A DNA stretch of 46,604 bases from a virus (taxonomy: Duplodnaviria; Caudoviricetes), in IMG/VR virus record IMGVR_UViG_3300025646_005550, positions 1 to 46,604 of that record. One strand, given 5' to 3'. The translations under genes and the position numbers were made by a program. Positions 16,919-26,632 of this stretch are shown piece after piece. Under the pieces are notes generated by a model. It saw only the letters and a program-made list of their open reading frames with translations, had not been told where the DNA came from and searched no databases. Every line of letters starts with the position of its first letter. Within the stretch, counting starts at the first letter, position 1.

Positions 16919-18086
16919 TCTCTCCATCCATGAAGATCCAATTTTCAAGAGAATTAATTGAAGTCTCTCCACCATAAAGAATGACTTTCTTTTTTTTGTA
17001 AAGAGAAGAAATCTTACTCCAATTAGAAGTAGATCTAACTATGTTGTTTGAAAAACAACCTACCATAAGATCAAATACATTTTCAAAAACTTTTAAGATT
17101 GGAGTAGAATATTCTTTCTCTAAGTCTTTTTTTGAAATTTTATCTGTGTAAAGATCCAAAAATATTTTAAAATAATAATCCTTGTCTATGATATTTCCAG
17201 AAAAGTTATCATAGTAGTGCGAATAATACTTTTTAGGAATATCTGAACTTATATAAATCTTCTGGTTGGGATTTTTTTTAAAGATATAATTCAGAATAAG
17301 ATTAAAATAATCAGAATCTGGCACTATTTTATAACTGTTTACCCATTTATAATCTTTCAAAATTTCTTCATCTGAATTACCTACCATTTTGGCAAGAGAC
17401 CTGTGGCGTTCAGTAGGAGAATACTTTTCATCAATATACGTATCTTTTTCAATTAAACTATCATAATACTTGTATATTTTGGAACGTGTATTGGATCCCA
17501 ACTTGATTGTATGAAACATTCTCCAATAATCAAGTACAAACTCTTTAGTCAAACACTGTTCCATTTCATTTAGAAATTTTGCCGTGGGGAATGTTCCACG
17601 GCCTCTTCGCAAATGTATATAATAACTATCCGAAAATTGTTTTTGTATAAAATCGGAAACAGCTGGCAATTTTAATTTAATTTTAGATACACCTTGATGT
17701 ATAATAAAATTATTTGTAACATTTTGATCTTCAAAAATATTGGCCATATCTTCTAGAGAAAAATCAAAATAATAACAAACATCATTCGAAAAATTCAACA
17801 AACTATTAACTCTAGTTATCATGATATTCTTAACTTCTTCCCAACCAATAGGGATTAGTTTATTTTTATATGATTTCCATGTAATATTTTGTGTTGTAGT
17901 ATTTGGTAGATCTAATAATAATAACTCTGGCCAATATTTTTCTTCGACAATTATTTGAATACCTTCAATAATTAAAGAAAGTTGATACGCTAAAACCCAA
18001 TATTTAATTCTATCTCCAAATCCACTATCATATTCAGTTATACCAAGTCCTTTCCATGGTTCAAAACATATTAGTTTAATCGACAT
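16902..18086 (-). CDS. fucosyltransferase-like GT-B protein (GT11/NodZ-like), tandem copy
   Basis: GFGDR, IHLRRG, YISSD, FDL...STSNWS. Confidence 0.65.
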   Translation of the reverse strand: MSIKLICFEPWKGLGITEYDSGFGDRIKYWVLAYQLSLIIEGIQIIVEEKYWPELLLLDLPNTTTQNITWKSYKNKLIPIGWEEVKNIMITRVNSLLNFSNDVCYYFDFSLEDMANIFEDQNVTNNFIIHQGVSKIKLKLPAVSDFIQKQFSDSYYIHLRRGRGTFPTAKFLNEMEQCLTKEFVLDYWRMFHTIKLGSNTRSKIYKYYDSLIEKDTYIDEKYSPTERHRSLAKMVGNSDEEILKDYKWVNSYKIVPDSDYFNLILNYIFKKNPNQKIYISSDIPKKYYSHYYDNFSGNIIDKDYYFKIFLDLYTDKISKKDLEKEYSTPILKVFENVFDLMVGCFSNNIVRSTSNWSKISSLYKKKKVILYGGETSINSLENWIFMDGEIDFID

Positions 18087-18134
18087 TATTTTTTTCTTTA
18101 AAAAGCAATGTTTTTAAGGCTCCCAATTTTCATA

Positions 18135-19391
18135 TCAAGTTAAGTAACTACCGTTATTATAGATTATTTGATCTCTAAAGTCAATTTCTTCAAACACAGT
18201 TGGACGATACATCATATATTTTTGCAAACTCAATTTCGGAGATGAAAGAGGTAAATATGGGTATTCATCCATAAAAATCCAATTACTTAAAGAATTTGTT
18301 GATTCTATCATACTGGCATATATAACCTTTTTTTTCTTATAAAGAGAACAAATTTCACTCCAGTTAGAAGTTGATTTAACTATTATTTTTGAATGAAATC
18401 CAACCACTAAATCGAAAACGTTTTCAAAAACTTTGTCAACTGGTATTGAATATTTTTTTGTTACTTTTTTTGGATCAAGTTTGCCTTCATAAAATTTCAA
18501 AAATGTTCTAAACTGTATAGTTGTATCAATAATATTATGAGGGAAATTTTGATAATAATATGAGTAATATTTTTTAGGGATATCAGAACTTATACAAATT
18601 TTTTGATTAGGGTCTTCTTTCAAAAGAAAGTTAATAATTAAATTAAAATAGTCAGAATCTGTTACGATTCTATATTCATTTACCCATTTAAAGTATGAAA
18701 TGAAAGGTTTGAATTCAGGTGAATCTCTATCTTTTATATCATTATCTCTTTGTACCATGCAATCGAAAAACTTATAATCTTTTGACTTTATAGACCGCCC
18801 AAGGTTTTCTTTATGAAATTGTTCCCAATAGGTACTTATAATTTCTATCGGTAAAAATTGTTTGAATTCTTTTAAAAATTTTATAGTGGGAAATGTGCCA
18901 TTACCTCTTCTAAGGTGTATACAACAATAGTCGGAAAATTGTTGTTGCATATAATCAGAAGCTTCTGATGAGTTTAATTTAATCTTTGATACAGCATTAT
19001 GAATAACCCAATCATATGGTACATTTGTTCCGTCAAATATATGCTTACAAATATCGGACATCAAAAAATTAAAATAATAATAGATATCACTAGATGAATT
19101 TAATAATTCACCATTTTTTGTTGATACAATATTTTTAACTTCTTGATAACTAAGTGGAATTAATTTATTTCCATATGATTCTCTTGTAATATTTTCTGTT
19201 TTGGTATTTGGTAAATTAAGTAATAATAATTCTGGCCAATATTTTTCCTCTACTATTATTTCCACATTATTAATAATTGTAGAAATATAATGCGCTAATA
19301 TCCAAAACCTCATTCTATCACCAAATCCACTATCGTATTTGGTTATATCATCTCCATTCGAAGGTTCAAAACATATTATTTTAATTGACAT
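18135..19391 (-). CDS. fucosyltransferase-like GT-B protein (GT11/NodZ-like), tandem copy
   Basis: Same motifs; colinear paralog of 16902..18086. Confidence 0.65.
   Translation of the reverse strand: MSIKIICFEPSNGDDITKYDSGFGDRMRFWILAHYISTIINNVEIIVEEKYWPELLLLNLPNTKTENITRESYGNKLIPLSYQEVKNIVSTKNGELLNSSSDIYYYFNFLMSDICKHIFDGTNVPYDWVIHNAVSKIKLNSSEASDYMQQQFSDYCCIHLRRGNGTFPTIKFLKEFKQFLPIEIISTYWEQFHKENLGRSIKSKDYKFFDCMVQRDNDIKDRDSPEFKPFISYFKWVNEYRIVTDSDYFNLIINFLLKEDPNQKICISSDIPKKYYSYYYQNFPHNIIDTTIQFRTFLKFYEGKLDPKKVTKKYSIPVDKVFENVFDLVVGFHSKIIVKSTSNWSEICSLYKKKKVIYASMIESTNSLSNWIFMDEYPYLPLSSPKLSLQKYMMYRPTVFEEIDFRDQIIYNNGSYLT
18156..18184 (-). promoter_or_regulatory. sigma70-type promoter (duplicated copy)
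   Basis: TTGACT-17-TATAAT. Confidence 0.7.
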
Positions 19392-19638
19392 TGTTTTTTT
19401 GTTTTAATTCTTTCTCCAGTTCTTTTGCAAGTTTCATCGCTCGTCTCCACATAAAGTATTTTACTATGGGATTACGGGGATTATTCAATAACCACCATTT
19501 GGTTTTTCCATACTGAAACTTTAACAATTTACTTACATAATAAACTGATTGAGCAACACTATTATCTGTTAGAATAAAATATGCAGCTATTGCAAATAGA
19601 AAAAGCCAAATATAGTAAGTTTCCATCATCACTGCCAA
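19381..19638 (-). CDS. membrane-anchored hypothetical protein
   Basis: ORF track. Confidence 0.7.
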   Translation of the reverse strand: MAVMMETYYIWLFLFAIAAYFILTDNSVAQSVYYVSKLLKFQYGKTKWWLLNNPRNPIVKYFMWRRAMKLAKELEKELKQKNNVN

Positions 19639-19826
19639 CGAATGGTTTTAAGATACTCTAGAACTGTATCTCTGACATCCATAAGTTCGTGAAAACATCT
19701 CTGATCATGTGCTGCCTGTCTAAGTTCATGGTCTGGTTTGTGGACACTCTCAATGAATAAATCTAATCCACGATTCCATTTATCTTGTTTTGACTCTGCA
19801 TCGTAAACGAAATAAGGTTCTTTCAT
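19629..19826 (-). CDS. hypothetical protein
   Basis: ORF track. Confidence 0.7.
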   Translation of the reverse strand: MKEPYFVYDAESKQDKWNRGLDLFIESVHKPDHELRQAAHDQRCFHELMDVRDTVLEYLKTIRWQ

Positions 19827-19996
19827 GATACTTGCTCCAAATCCTCTATAGATGATACGGGTACTTCGTGTTCTGCAATTCGATAATAATGTTCACCCTC
19901 TCGTACACCGAGATATTCAATGTCATCACATTTATATTCTCTCAACCAAGACTGTAGACGCAAGTGCATCAACTCCGAGGCGTTTGGGACATTCAT
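19823..19996 (-). CDS. hypothetical protein (57 aa)
   Basis: Hand translation MNVPNASELMHLRLQSWLREYKCDDIEYLG...; TTGACA-16-TATAAT upstream. Confidence 0.65.
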   Translation of the reverse strand: MNVPNASELMHLRLQSWLREYKCDDIEYLGVREGEHYYRIAEHEVPVSSIEDLEQVS

Positions 19997-20050
19997 ATTT
20001 AATCACTAAACACTTAGTAATTATAAGTTATTTAGCCTATTTGTCAAGAA

Positions 20051-20123
20051 TGGAGAATAGCGGACTCGAACCGCTGACATCCTGCTTGCAAAGCAGGCGC
20101 TCTACCAACTGAGCTAATTCCCC
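20051..20123 (-). tRNA. tRNA-Ala(TGC)
   Basis: GGGGAATTAGCTCAG...CCTGC-TT-TGC-AA-GCAGG...GTTCGAG; G3-U70. Confidence 0.95.
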
Positions 20124-20133
20124 GTGAAGAGTC

Positions 20134-20430
20134 TTACGACCCTGCAGAAATAAATTCAACTTCTGTTTTCCACTTAAACCCAGGTGTTTCCCAAGTTTGG
20201 TTATCATTTAGTGTTTTATTTAAACTTTGATCTTTCACACTAGAAGAAATATTTTCTGAAAAAGTATTTCCAGAATATAGTTGATCTATTTTTGATCTTT
20301 CTGGATAATTTTTTAAAAGAGCTTCTGCAGATAATTTTATTTTTTCAGGTATAGTTACTTCACTAATTAATAATTTTAAAAACTCTCTTGTAGCAATTAA
20401 AGAGTTATGTTCTCTTTCAGGTAAAGACAT
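20134..20430 (-). CDS. hypothetical protein
   Basis: ORF track, 98 aa. Confidence 0.65.
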   Translation of the reverse strand: MSLPEREHNSLIATREFLKLLISEVTIPEKIKLSAEALLKNYPERSKIDQLYSGNTFSENISSSVKDQSLNKTLNDNQTWETPGFKWKTEVEFISAGS

Positions 20431-20432
20431 GT

Positions 20433-20591
20433 TTATCTAGCATATTGGTCAATAATAAATATTACCTCATTCAGGTATTTGTGAGCAAGCTCTTTTTCTT
20501 TTTTATAAGGAGTAGGTTCTTTATCTATTTGATTTTTTAAATTAAGAACTCTTATTTTAATTTCATCTTTAGTAATCTGATTTCGTGGCAT
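20433..20591 (-). CDS. hypothetical protein
   Basis: Start MPRNQ. Confidence 0.65.
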   Translation of the reverse strand: MPRNQITKDEIKIRVLNLKNQIDKEPTPYKKEKELAHKYLNEVIFIIDQYAR

Positions 20592-20672
20592 TGTCAAAAA
20601 ATATGCGCCTTTTATATAGGCGACCCTGGCCGTCAAAAATTTTACCGGATTTTTTTCCCGTTAAAAATGAAA

Positions 20673-20879
20673 TCAATCTTCAATTTCACTTTTATGATTT
20701 TTTTTCTTACATGCACTGCGAGCCCATGCACGAGAAAGGCTATTGACATTTGAACACGGTTTATTTTTTTGTCCGCAATAAGGACATTTTGCATCTGGTG
20801 GATCTCCAACGTATCCTTCAGGTGTATACATCCTTTTCTTTTTTTGATTCTCTTTCTGTTTATATTTACGATGATTCAT
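20673..20879 (-). CDS. small basic Cys-containing protein
   Basis: CPYC...C...C. Confidence 0.65.
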   Translation of the reverse strand: MNHRKYKQKENQKKKRMYTPEGYVGDPPDAKCPYCGQKNKPCSNVNSLSRAWARSACKKKNHKSEIED

Positions 20880-22068
20880 AACTCCATAAATTTTCTAATT
20901 CTGGAAAAGTTTTTCTTGTATTTTCATTCCTAATAAAGTCTAATGAATTGCAGTATTTTATAAATTGAGGTATTAAATAGGACTTATCTTCCAAATTTAT
21001 ATATTTAATAATATTTTTATAATCAGTTATAGAAGTTATAGATTCAGAAGGAATTAAAAACTCATTAATATGTTCATTAATTTTATCGGACAATACTTTT
21101 TTAGTTTCTTTATCCAAAATATGAACTGATAAAAAATTAGGATCTTCCAAAAAATAAACTATAAAATCATCAACACTATTTAAAAGACCAGACTCAAATA
21201 ATTTTTTTTGGGTTTCCATTATATTAAAAGAATTTAATGCTTGATAAGTAACTCCTATAACACATCTTGCTTTCGGAAGATTTTTTCTAACTGAATTTAA
21301 ATTTTGCAAAAACACATCCCACTTCAATCCATTTCTAATTAATTCTCCTCTTTTACCGGAACCATCAAGACTAATTCCCAAAGATATATTTTCAAAATTT
21401 TTCCATATGTCTAGTATATTTTTATCTTTATATCTAAGAATACTCAAATTTGTACTATAAACTATAGGAATATCTGTTTTTTTAAGTTGAATCAATTTAT
21501 CTAGAATATAATAATGTTCATCCATTATTATTGGCTCTCCACCAGCAAAATATATCTCCTCAACAATATCAAATAATGGATTTAACTCCTTTAATATATT
21601 ATTTTTTGTAACTTTTCCATCATTATAATTTACATCCATCAATGAATTGAAATCTTTATACCAAGATGTGCTATTCATTGGACCACACATTCTGCATTTA
21701 AAGTTGCATATATTACTATATCTAAAATCCCAATAAACAATATTTAATTTATCTACTTTTCCATCATCCGATGTCGTTTTGACAATATTTAAATGATGTT
21801 TATATTTTTCATTTATTCTTTGTCTGGGAGATTCTTGTCCTATTTTTTCTGAGGTATAACAATATTCGCAAGTTGGAGATTTTATGTCATTTAACATATT
21901 AAATCTGAGGGTTTTAATCTCTTCAGAGTTCCAAATTTCTTGCAAATTTTTATTAGATAAATTTAGATTCAAAGAATAGGATGTACAACAAGGAAGAACT
22001 TCTCCATCTGGTTGTAGACTCAAATGAATCCAAGGAAACATACAAAAGGTTTTTGAATTTTCTAACAT
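20866..22068 (-). CDS. radical SAM protein with N-terminal SPASM/twitch-like domain
   Basis: CMFPW...PCC, CEYC, CNFKCRMC, FAGGEP. Confidence 0.9.
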   Translation of the reverse strand: MLENSKTFCMFPWIHLSLQPDGEVLPCCTSYSLNLNLSNKNLQEIWNSEEIKTLRFNMLNDIKSPTCEYCYTSEKIGQESPRQRINEKYKHHLNIVKTTSDDGKVDKLNIVYWDFRYSNICNFKCRMCGPMNSTSWYKDFNSLMDVNYNDGKVTKNNILKELNPLFDIVEEIYFAGGEPIIMDEHYYILDKLIQLKKTDIPIVYSTNLSILRYKDKNILDIWKNFENISLGISLDGSGKRGELIRNGLKWDVFLQNLNSVRKNLPKARCVIGVTYQALNSFNIMETQKKLFESGLLNSVDDFIVYFLEDPNFLSVHILDKETKKVLSDKINEHINEFLIPSESITSITDYKNIIKYINLEDKSYLIPQFIKYCNSLDFIRNENTRKTFPELENLWSYESS

Positions 22069-22071
22069 GAT

Positions 22072-22377
22072 TTAAACTTTAACTGGCCTACCCTGACCTT
22101 CTGGAAGTTTAATCTGTGGGAGTTTCTCTGGTTCACGCACGTCCCAAGATCCACCAACTCCACCATCCATATTCACCACAATCTCATTAGTGGGAAGTGC
22201 CTTTGGAATTTCAATATCCACAACAGGTCCCATCAAAAACTTATTACGAGTATAAGTCCTATTTTCTGGATCAAGAACAACCATTGCAAGAGCATCTTCT
22301 TCTTGGCCACAATCTAGAAGTTTTTTTCCAGTTTTTTTATTTAAAACTGAAAAATATTCATCATTATATTTTTTCAT
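22072..22377 (-). CDS. hypothetical protein
   Basis: Start MKKYN. Confidence 0.7.
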   Translation of the reverse strand: MKKYNDEYFSVLNKKTGKKLLDCGQEEDALAMVVLDPENRTYTRNKFLMGPVVDIEIPKALPTNEIVVNMDGGVGGSWDVREPEKLPQIKLPEGQGRPVKV

Positions 22378-22378
22378 T

Positions 22379-22585
22379 TTAAAACCCCTTTGATTTTGTT
22401 TTAATTTTCTTTTTATCAAGAACTTCTACATATCCTAAAAATTGGTGTGGTGTTTGGAACCAAGTTCTTTGAACATCTTCATAATTATCAAACACTAAAG
22501 AATTTCCATTAGAGAAATTAACTCTATAATCATGACGATCATAGAGTTTATCGCATGTTTGACTGAATGTTTTTGGAAGATTCAT
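22379..22585 (-). CDS. hypothetical protein
   Basis: ORF track; ends KGF. Confidence 0.7.
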   Translation of the reverse strand: MNLPKTFSQTCDKLYDRHDYRVNFSNGNSLVFDNYEDVQRTWFQTPHQFLGYVEVLDKKKIKTKSKGF

Positions 22586-22679
22586 TTGTTTTTTGTTTGT
22601 TTTGGGGTGGTCTAAACAAGTTAGGCCAAGTATCTCTGATAATTTCAGACAGTTTGTACGGAGTATCAGAACTAATCAC
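22548..22679 (-). CDS. small hypothetical protein
   Basis: GTG start; MISSDTPYKLSEIIRDTWPNLFRPP... Confidence 0.55.
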   Translation of the reverse strand: MISSDTPYKLSEIIRDTWPNLFRPPQNKQKTNESSKNIQSNMR

Positions 22680-22683
22680 TTGA

Positions 22684-22818
22684 TTAACAATGTTTCTGTA
22701 GTTTTGGTGCAAGATAAGGACGTTTTAGAACTTGACTAAGGGGCAAAGTTTTTAGTACTTCTCGTTCTTCGTTTGAAAGATTTCCCCAACGGAGACTTGC
22801 AAGGATATATTTAAGCAT
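22684..22818 (-). CDS. small hypothetical protein (44 aa)
   Basis: MLKYILASLRWGNLSNEEREVLKTLPLSQVLKRPYLAPKLQKHC. Confidence 0.5.
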   Translation of the reverse strand: MLKYILASLRWGNLSNEEREVLKTLPLSQVLKRPYLAPKLQKHC

Positions 22819-23083
22819 ATTGTTCTAATAATTTTACAATGTTTTGAGTGATAGGTACTCCACCTTCATACTCTTCAATCTTTTCCCCACTCTCATCTAT
22901 AACAACAAGAGTAGGAGTTGCAGTGACTTTGTATTTTCTAGCAAATTCTAGATTTTCTTCATCACATCCTTCATCTAGAAGAATCTCTTGGATTTGTTCC
23001 GTCCTTGAATCATTCATGGTTTTAAAATATTTCTTAACCAGGATACAAGGCCCACAATCCGTCTTTGAAAAAATATATAACAT
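22811..23083 (-). CDS. thioredoxin/glutaredoxin-like protein
   Basis: CGPC active site; VTATPTLVV cis-Pro motif. Confidence 0.85.
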   Translation of the reverse strand: MLYIFSKTDCGPCILVKKYFKTMNDSRTEQIQEILLDEGCDEENLEFARKYKVTATPTLVVIDESGEKIEEYEGGVPITQNIVKLLEQYA

Positions 23084-23110
23084 AAAAAAAGAGGATCTAT
23101 TCGATCCTCT
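23084..23110 (-). terminator. intrinsic terminator after psbD
   Basis: AGAGGATC-gaata-GATCCTCT plus T run. Confidence 0.8.
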
Positions 23111-23116
23111 ATTATA

Positions 23117-24178
23117 TTACAGGGCGTTACCTCTCGGCAAGACTTCCTCTGGGAACACAAAGTTCTCATGAGGTTGATCTACTGGAGCCATCCAAGCACG
23201 TAGACCTTCATTCAAAAGAATGTTTTTCGTGTAGAACGTTTCAAACTCAGGGTCCTCCGCCGCTCTAATCTCCTGAGATACAAAATCGTATGCACGTAGA
23301 TTGAGAGCAAGACCGATGATTCCAATAGAAGAAGTCCAAAGACCCATGACGGGAACAAATAGCATAAAGAAATGCAACCAACGCTTGTTACTAAAAGCAA
23401 TACCGAAAATCTGTGACCAGAAACGGTTAGCAGTAACCATCGAGTAAGTTTCCTCCTCTTGTGTGGGTTCAAATGCTTTGAAAGTGTTTGATTGATCACT
23501 GTCTTCATAAAGGGTGTTTTCTACTGTTGCTCCGTGAATTGCACAGAGAAGTGCTCCACCTAGGATGCCTGCCACTCCCATCATGTGGAAGGGGTTGAGC
23601 GTCCAGTTATGGAAACCTTGTAAGAATAAGAGGAACCTAAAAATCGCAGCAACACCGAACGACGGTGCAAAGAACCAACTGGATTGTCCGAGTGGGTACA
23701 TGAGAAACACACTGACAAAAACAGCAATAGGCCCAGAGAACGCAATAGCATTGTAAGGTCTGATCCCAACGAGACGTGCAATTTCAAACTGTCGAAGCAT
23801 GAAACCTATAAGAGCGAAGGCTCCGTGGAGCGCCACAAAAGTCCAGAGTCCCCCAAGTTGGCACCACCTGACGAAATCCCCCTGAGACTCAGGACCCCAA
23901 AGTAGAAGAAGAGAATGACCCATAGAATCTGCAGGCGACGACACAGCAGCTGTAAGGAAATTAGCCCCTTCAAGATAACTAGACGCCAACCCGTGGGTGT
24001 ACCAGCTTGTAACAAACGTCGTGCCAGTAAGCCAGCCACCAAGGGCAAGATAAGCAGTGGGAAAAAGTAATAGTCCAGACCAACCCACAAATACAAAGCG
24101 ATCTCGTTTAAGCCAGTCATCCAGGACATCGAACCATCCCCTCCGTGAAATAGGTTGTGAAAGTGTAGATGAAACCAT
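23117..24178 (-). CDS. psbD: photosystem II D2 protein
   Basis: [21 protein letters not shown]...[10 protein letters not shown]; GGAGG RBS before the ATG at 24178. Confidence 0.99.
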   Translation of the reverse strand: MVSSTLSQPISRRGWFDVLDDWLKRDRFVFVGWSGLLLFPTAYLALGGWLTGTTFVTSWYTHGLASSYLEGANFLTAAVSSPADSMGHSLLLLWGPESQGDFVRWCQLGGLWTFVALHGAFALIGFMLRQFEIARLVGIRPYNAIAFSGPIAVFVSVFLMYPLGQSSWFFAPSFGVAAIFRFLLFLQGFHNWTLNPFHMMGVAGILGGALLCAIHGATVENTLYEDSDQSNTFKAFEPTQEEETYSMVTANRFWSQIFGIAFSNKRWLHFFMLFVPVMGLWTSSIGIIGLALNLRAYDFVSQEIRAAEDPEFETFYTKNILLNEGLRAWMAPVDQPHENFVFPEEVLPRGNAL

Positions 24179-24189
24179 TATACCTCCTG

Positions 24190-24217
24190 AAAAGAAAAGG
24201 GGTCCAAAGGACCCCTC
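24190..24217 (-). terminator. terminator-like hairpin between psbA and psbD
   Basis: AGGGGTCC-ttt-GGACCCCT followed by TTTCTTTT. Confidence 0.75.
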
Positions 24218-24236
24218 GAAGTTTATTTTATCCGAC

Positions 24237-25316
24237 TCAACCGATAGAAGGTGCGGTGAGTGCCACAGGGGTGGACTCAGCAGCAGCAAGATCGAGAGGG
24301 AAGTTGTGAGCGTTACGCTCGTGCATGACTTCCATGCCGAGACCAGCACGGTTGAGCACATCTGCCCAGGTGTTAATCACTTTACCTTGAGAGTCAACAA
24401 TCGATTGGTTGAAGTTGAAACCGTTGAGGTTGAATGCCATGGTGCTAACACCAAGAGCAGTGAACCAGATGCCAACCACAGGCCACGCTGCCAGGAAGAA
24501 GTGCAGCGAACGTGAGTTGTTGAAGGAAGCGTATTGGAAGATAAGACGACCGAAGTAACCGTGAGCAGCTACAATGTTGTATGTCTCTTCTTCTTGTCCG
24601 AACTTGTATCCGTAGTTTTGTGACTCATTCTCTGTCGTCTCACGGACAAGAGAAGAGGTGACAAGAGATCCATGCATAGCAGAGAAAAGAGAACCACCGA
24701 AGACACCAGCAACTCCCAACATGTGGAAAGGATGCATGAGAATGTTGTGTTCTGCCTGGAAAACAAGCATGTAGTTGAAAGTTCCCGAAATCCCCAGAGG
24801 CATTGCGTCAGAGAAGGATCCTTGACCGAAGGGATAGACCAGAAAAACTGCGCTAGCAGCAGCAACGGGTGCGCTGTAGGCAACACAAATCCAAGGACGC
24901 ATACCAAGTCGGTAAGAAAGTTCCCATTCACGGCCCATATAAGCATAGATACCAATTAGGAAGTGGAAGACAACGAGTTGGAAAGGTCCACCGTTGTAGA
25001 GCCACTCATCTAGGGAAGCAGCTTCCCAGATAGGATAAAAGTGCAGTCCAATTGCGTTGGACGAAGGAATAACAGCACCAGAGATGATGTTGTTTCCATA
25101 CATGAGTGAACCAGCAACGGGTTCACGGATACCATCAATGTCCACTGGGGGAGCACCGATGAATGCGATGATGAAACAAGTCGTAGCAGCAAGTAGGCAA
25201 GGAATCATGAGGACTCCGAACCAACCGACATAAAGACGGTTATCGGTTGAAGTTACCCACTGGCAGAATTGTTCCCAAGTATTCGATTGTCGTTGACGTG
25301 AAAGTGTAGCAGTCAT
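24237..25316 (-). CDS. psbA: photosystem II D1 protein (no intron)
   Basis: [14 protein letters not shown]...[15 protein letters not shown]; start MTATLS. Confidence 0.99.
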   Translation of the reverse strand: MTATLSRQRQSNTWEQFCQWVTSTDNRLYVGWFGVLMIPCLLAATTCFIIAFIGAPPVDIDGIREPVAGSLMYGNNIISGAVIPSSNAIGLHFYPIWEAASLDEWLYNGGPFQLVVFHFLIGIYAYMGREWELSYRLGMRPWICVAYSAPVAAASAVFLVYPFGQGSFSDAMPLGISGTFNYMLVFQAEHNILMHPFHMLGVAGVFGGSLFSAMHGSLVTSSLVRETTENESQNYGYKFGQEEETYNIVAAHGYFGRLIFQYASFNNSRSLHFFLAAWPVVGIWFTALGVSTMAFNLNGFNFNQSIVDSQGKVINTWADVLNRAGLGMEVMHERNAHNFPLDLAAAESTPVALTAPSIG

Positions 25317-25324
25317 TTGTTTGA

Positions 25325-25437
25325 AAAGTAGTAAGACCATCAGGGAAATGGTGGAGTTACTATGCTCCCCGCACCCTCAGCGGGGATATGAGAGACGTGA
25401 TTTATACACCCTATAGGTCTCGGTTTGGGGTGTTTGT
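25325..25437 (-). ncRNA. structured psbA leader, PhotoRC-II-like
   Basis: Pairings ACACCC/GGGTGT, GAGAC/GTCTC, TCCCCGC/GCGGGGA, ACCAT/ATGGT; lies 5' of phage psbA. Confidence 0.7.
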
Positions 25438-25478
25438 CAATGTTACATGAGATTAAAATCTCTTAACATTTGTTTACC

Positions 25479-25512
25479 TATTTATCATACTACGGTTTCA
25501 AGAAGGAGTCAA
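25479..25512 (-). promoter_or_regulatory. psbA promoter: sigma70 with overlapping late-type element
   Basis: TTGACT-17-TATGAT overlapping ATAAATA. Confidence 0.8.
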
Positions 25513-25522
25513 GAGCCCAGAC

Positions 25523-25546
25523 AAAAAAAATCCCCCTTTCGGGGGA
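25523..25546 (-). terminator. intrinsic terminator
   Basis: TCCCCC-gaaa-GGGGGA plus T run. Confidence 0.85.
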
Positions 25547-25551
25547 GGAGA

Positions 25552-26088
25552 TCATACAACCACTGCAGGAGTGGAAGCTTTCACATATTCCAGAAGTTTT
25601 TCTGGAGTTGACCAGACATAAGGATCTTCAGAAGCATTATCTTCTTTACCATCTTCCATAAAGATCTGTTCGATCACACCATCATTAATAACGGCGGCAT
25701 AACGCCAGGAACGCATTGCAAATCCAAGATTAAACTTTTGGACTAACATACCCATGGCGTTAGTGAATTCACCATTACCATCAGGGATAAGTTTTACATT
25801 CTCAATATTTTGATCTTTAGCCCATGCGTTCATCACAAAAGCATCATTGACAGACAAACAGTAGATTTCATCAATACCGGCTTCTTTGAATTGAGAATAA
25901 TTCTCTTCATAACCAGGGAGTTGATATGCACTACAAGTGGGAGTGAAAGCACCAGGAAGTGCAAACAGAACTACTTTCTTTTCGTTAAAAAGTTCTTCAC
26001 TAGAACGAGTTACAAATTCACCGTTTTCACGGAACATAAAGTCCACTGAAGGGACTACAGATTTTTCTTCAGGAGTTAGTTGGGGCAT
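25552..26088 (-). CDS. peroxiredoxin (Prx5 type)
   Basis: LPGAFTPTCS, SVNDAFVMNAW, RSWRYA. Confidence 0.95.
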   Translation of the reverse strand: MPQLTPEEKSVVPSVDFMFRENGEFVTRSSEELFNEKKVVLFALPGAFTPTCSAYQLPGYEENYSQFKEAGIDEIYCLSVNDAFVMNAWAKDQNIENVKLIPDGNGEFTNAMGMLVQKFNLGFAMRSWRYAAVINDGVIEQIFMEDGKEDNASEDPYVWSTPEKLLEYVKASTPAVVV

Positions 26089-26275
26089 GTTTTTGTTTCA
26101 GTTCAGGATTAGGGTTACAAATAAGTTTTTGTTTGACAGGTTTAATAACAATAAACTTGTCATTCTTAAGGGTGCCAGCGATCTTGACTTCTAGTTCTAC
26201 ATCTCGATCCCAAGCACCACTCTCAACAAGTTCTTGGAGGGCAACATTGAATTGCCCAAGCATGTTAGCACTCAC
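26069..26275 (-). CDS. hypothetical protein
   Basis: ORF track; coupled to petF. Confidence 0.7.
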   Translation of the reverse strand: MSANMLGQFNVALQELVESGAWDRDVELEVKIAGTLKNDKFIVIKPVKQKLICNPNPELKQKHAPTNS

Positions 26276-26565
26276 AGGTTTTCTTCCTGCTCAGTAAGGA
26301 TTACACAGTCGCTGGTGGGATATGCCACACAAGTCAGCACCCAACCATCTTCAAGTTGTTCATCATCAAGGAAAGATTGTTCCGAATTATCTACGGTGCC
26401 AGAGATGAGTTTTCCTGCACAAGCCGAACAAGCGCCTGCCTTACACGATGAAGGGAGGTCAACACCTGCTTCCTCTGCAGCTTCAAGAATGTACTGGTCA
26501 TCTGCACATTCAATGGTAGTTTCAGAACCATCGGGAGATTGAAGAGTGACGTTATATGTAGTCAT
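26272..26565 (-). CDS. petF: 2Fe-2S plant-type ferredoxin
   Basis: [13 protein letters not shown]...VLTCVAYP. Confidence 0.97.
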   Translation of the reverse strand: MTTYNVTLQSPDGSETTIECADDQYILEAAEEAGVDLPSSCKAGACSACAGKLISGTVDNSEQSFLDDEQLEDGWVLTCVAYPTSDCVILTEQEENL

Positions 26566-26588
26566 GTTTTAAAATAAATTACGAATAG

Positions 26589-26617
26589 AGTTTATCAAGA
26601 AACTATTAAGAAGTCAA
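26589..26617 (-). promoter_or_regulatory. sigma70-type promoter for petF
   Basis: TTGACT-17-TAAACT with TG extension. Confidence 0.7.
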
Positions 26618-26632
26618 CTTGTTGTATGCAAA

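Noticed and set aside
20595-20670. Imperfect inverted repeats as a replication origin or terminator
   Set aside because: Stems are weak and made largely of A/T runs; no further support
24179-24361. 61-aa N-terminal extension of psbD in the ORF track
   Set aside because: It overlaps psbA and a terminator hairpin; the ATG at 24178 has a GGAGG RBS and gives a normal-length D2
24237-25316. Group I intron or homing endonuclease in or beside psbA
   Set aside because: psbA is a continuous 359-aa frame and the psbA-psbD gap is only 58 bp
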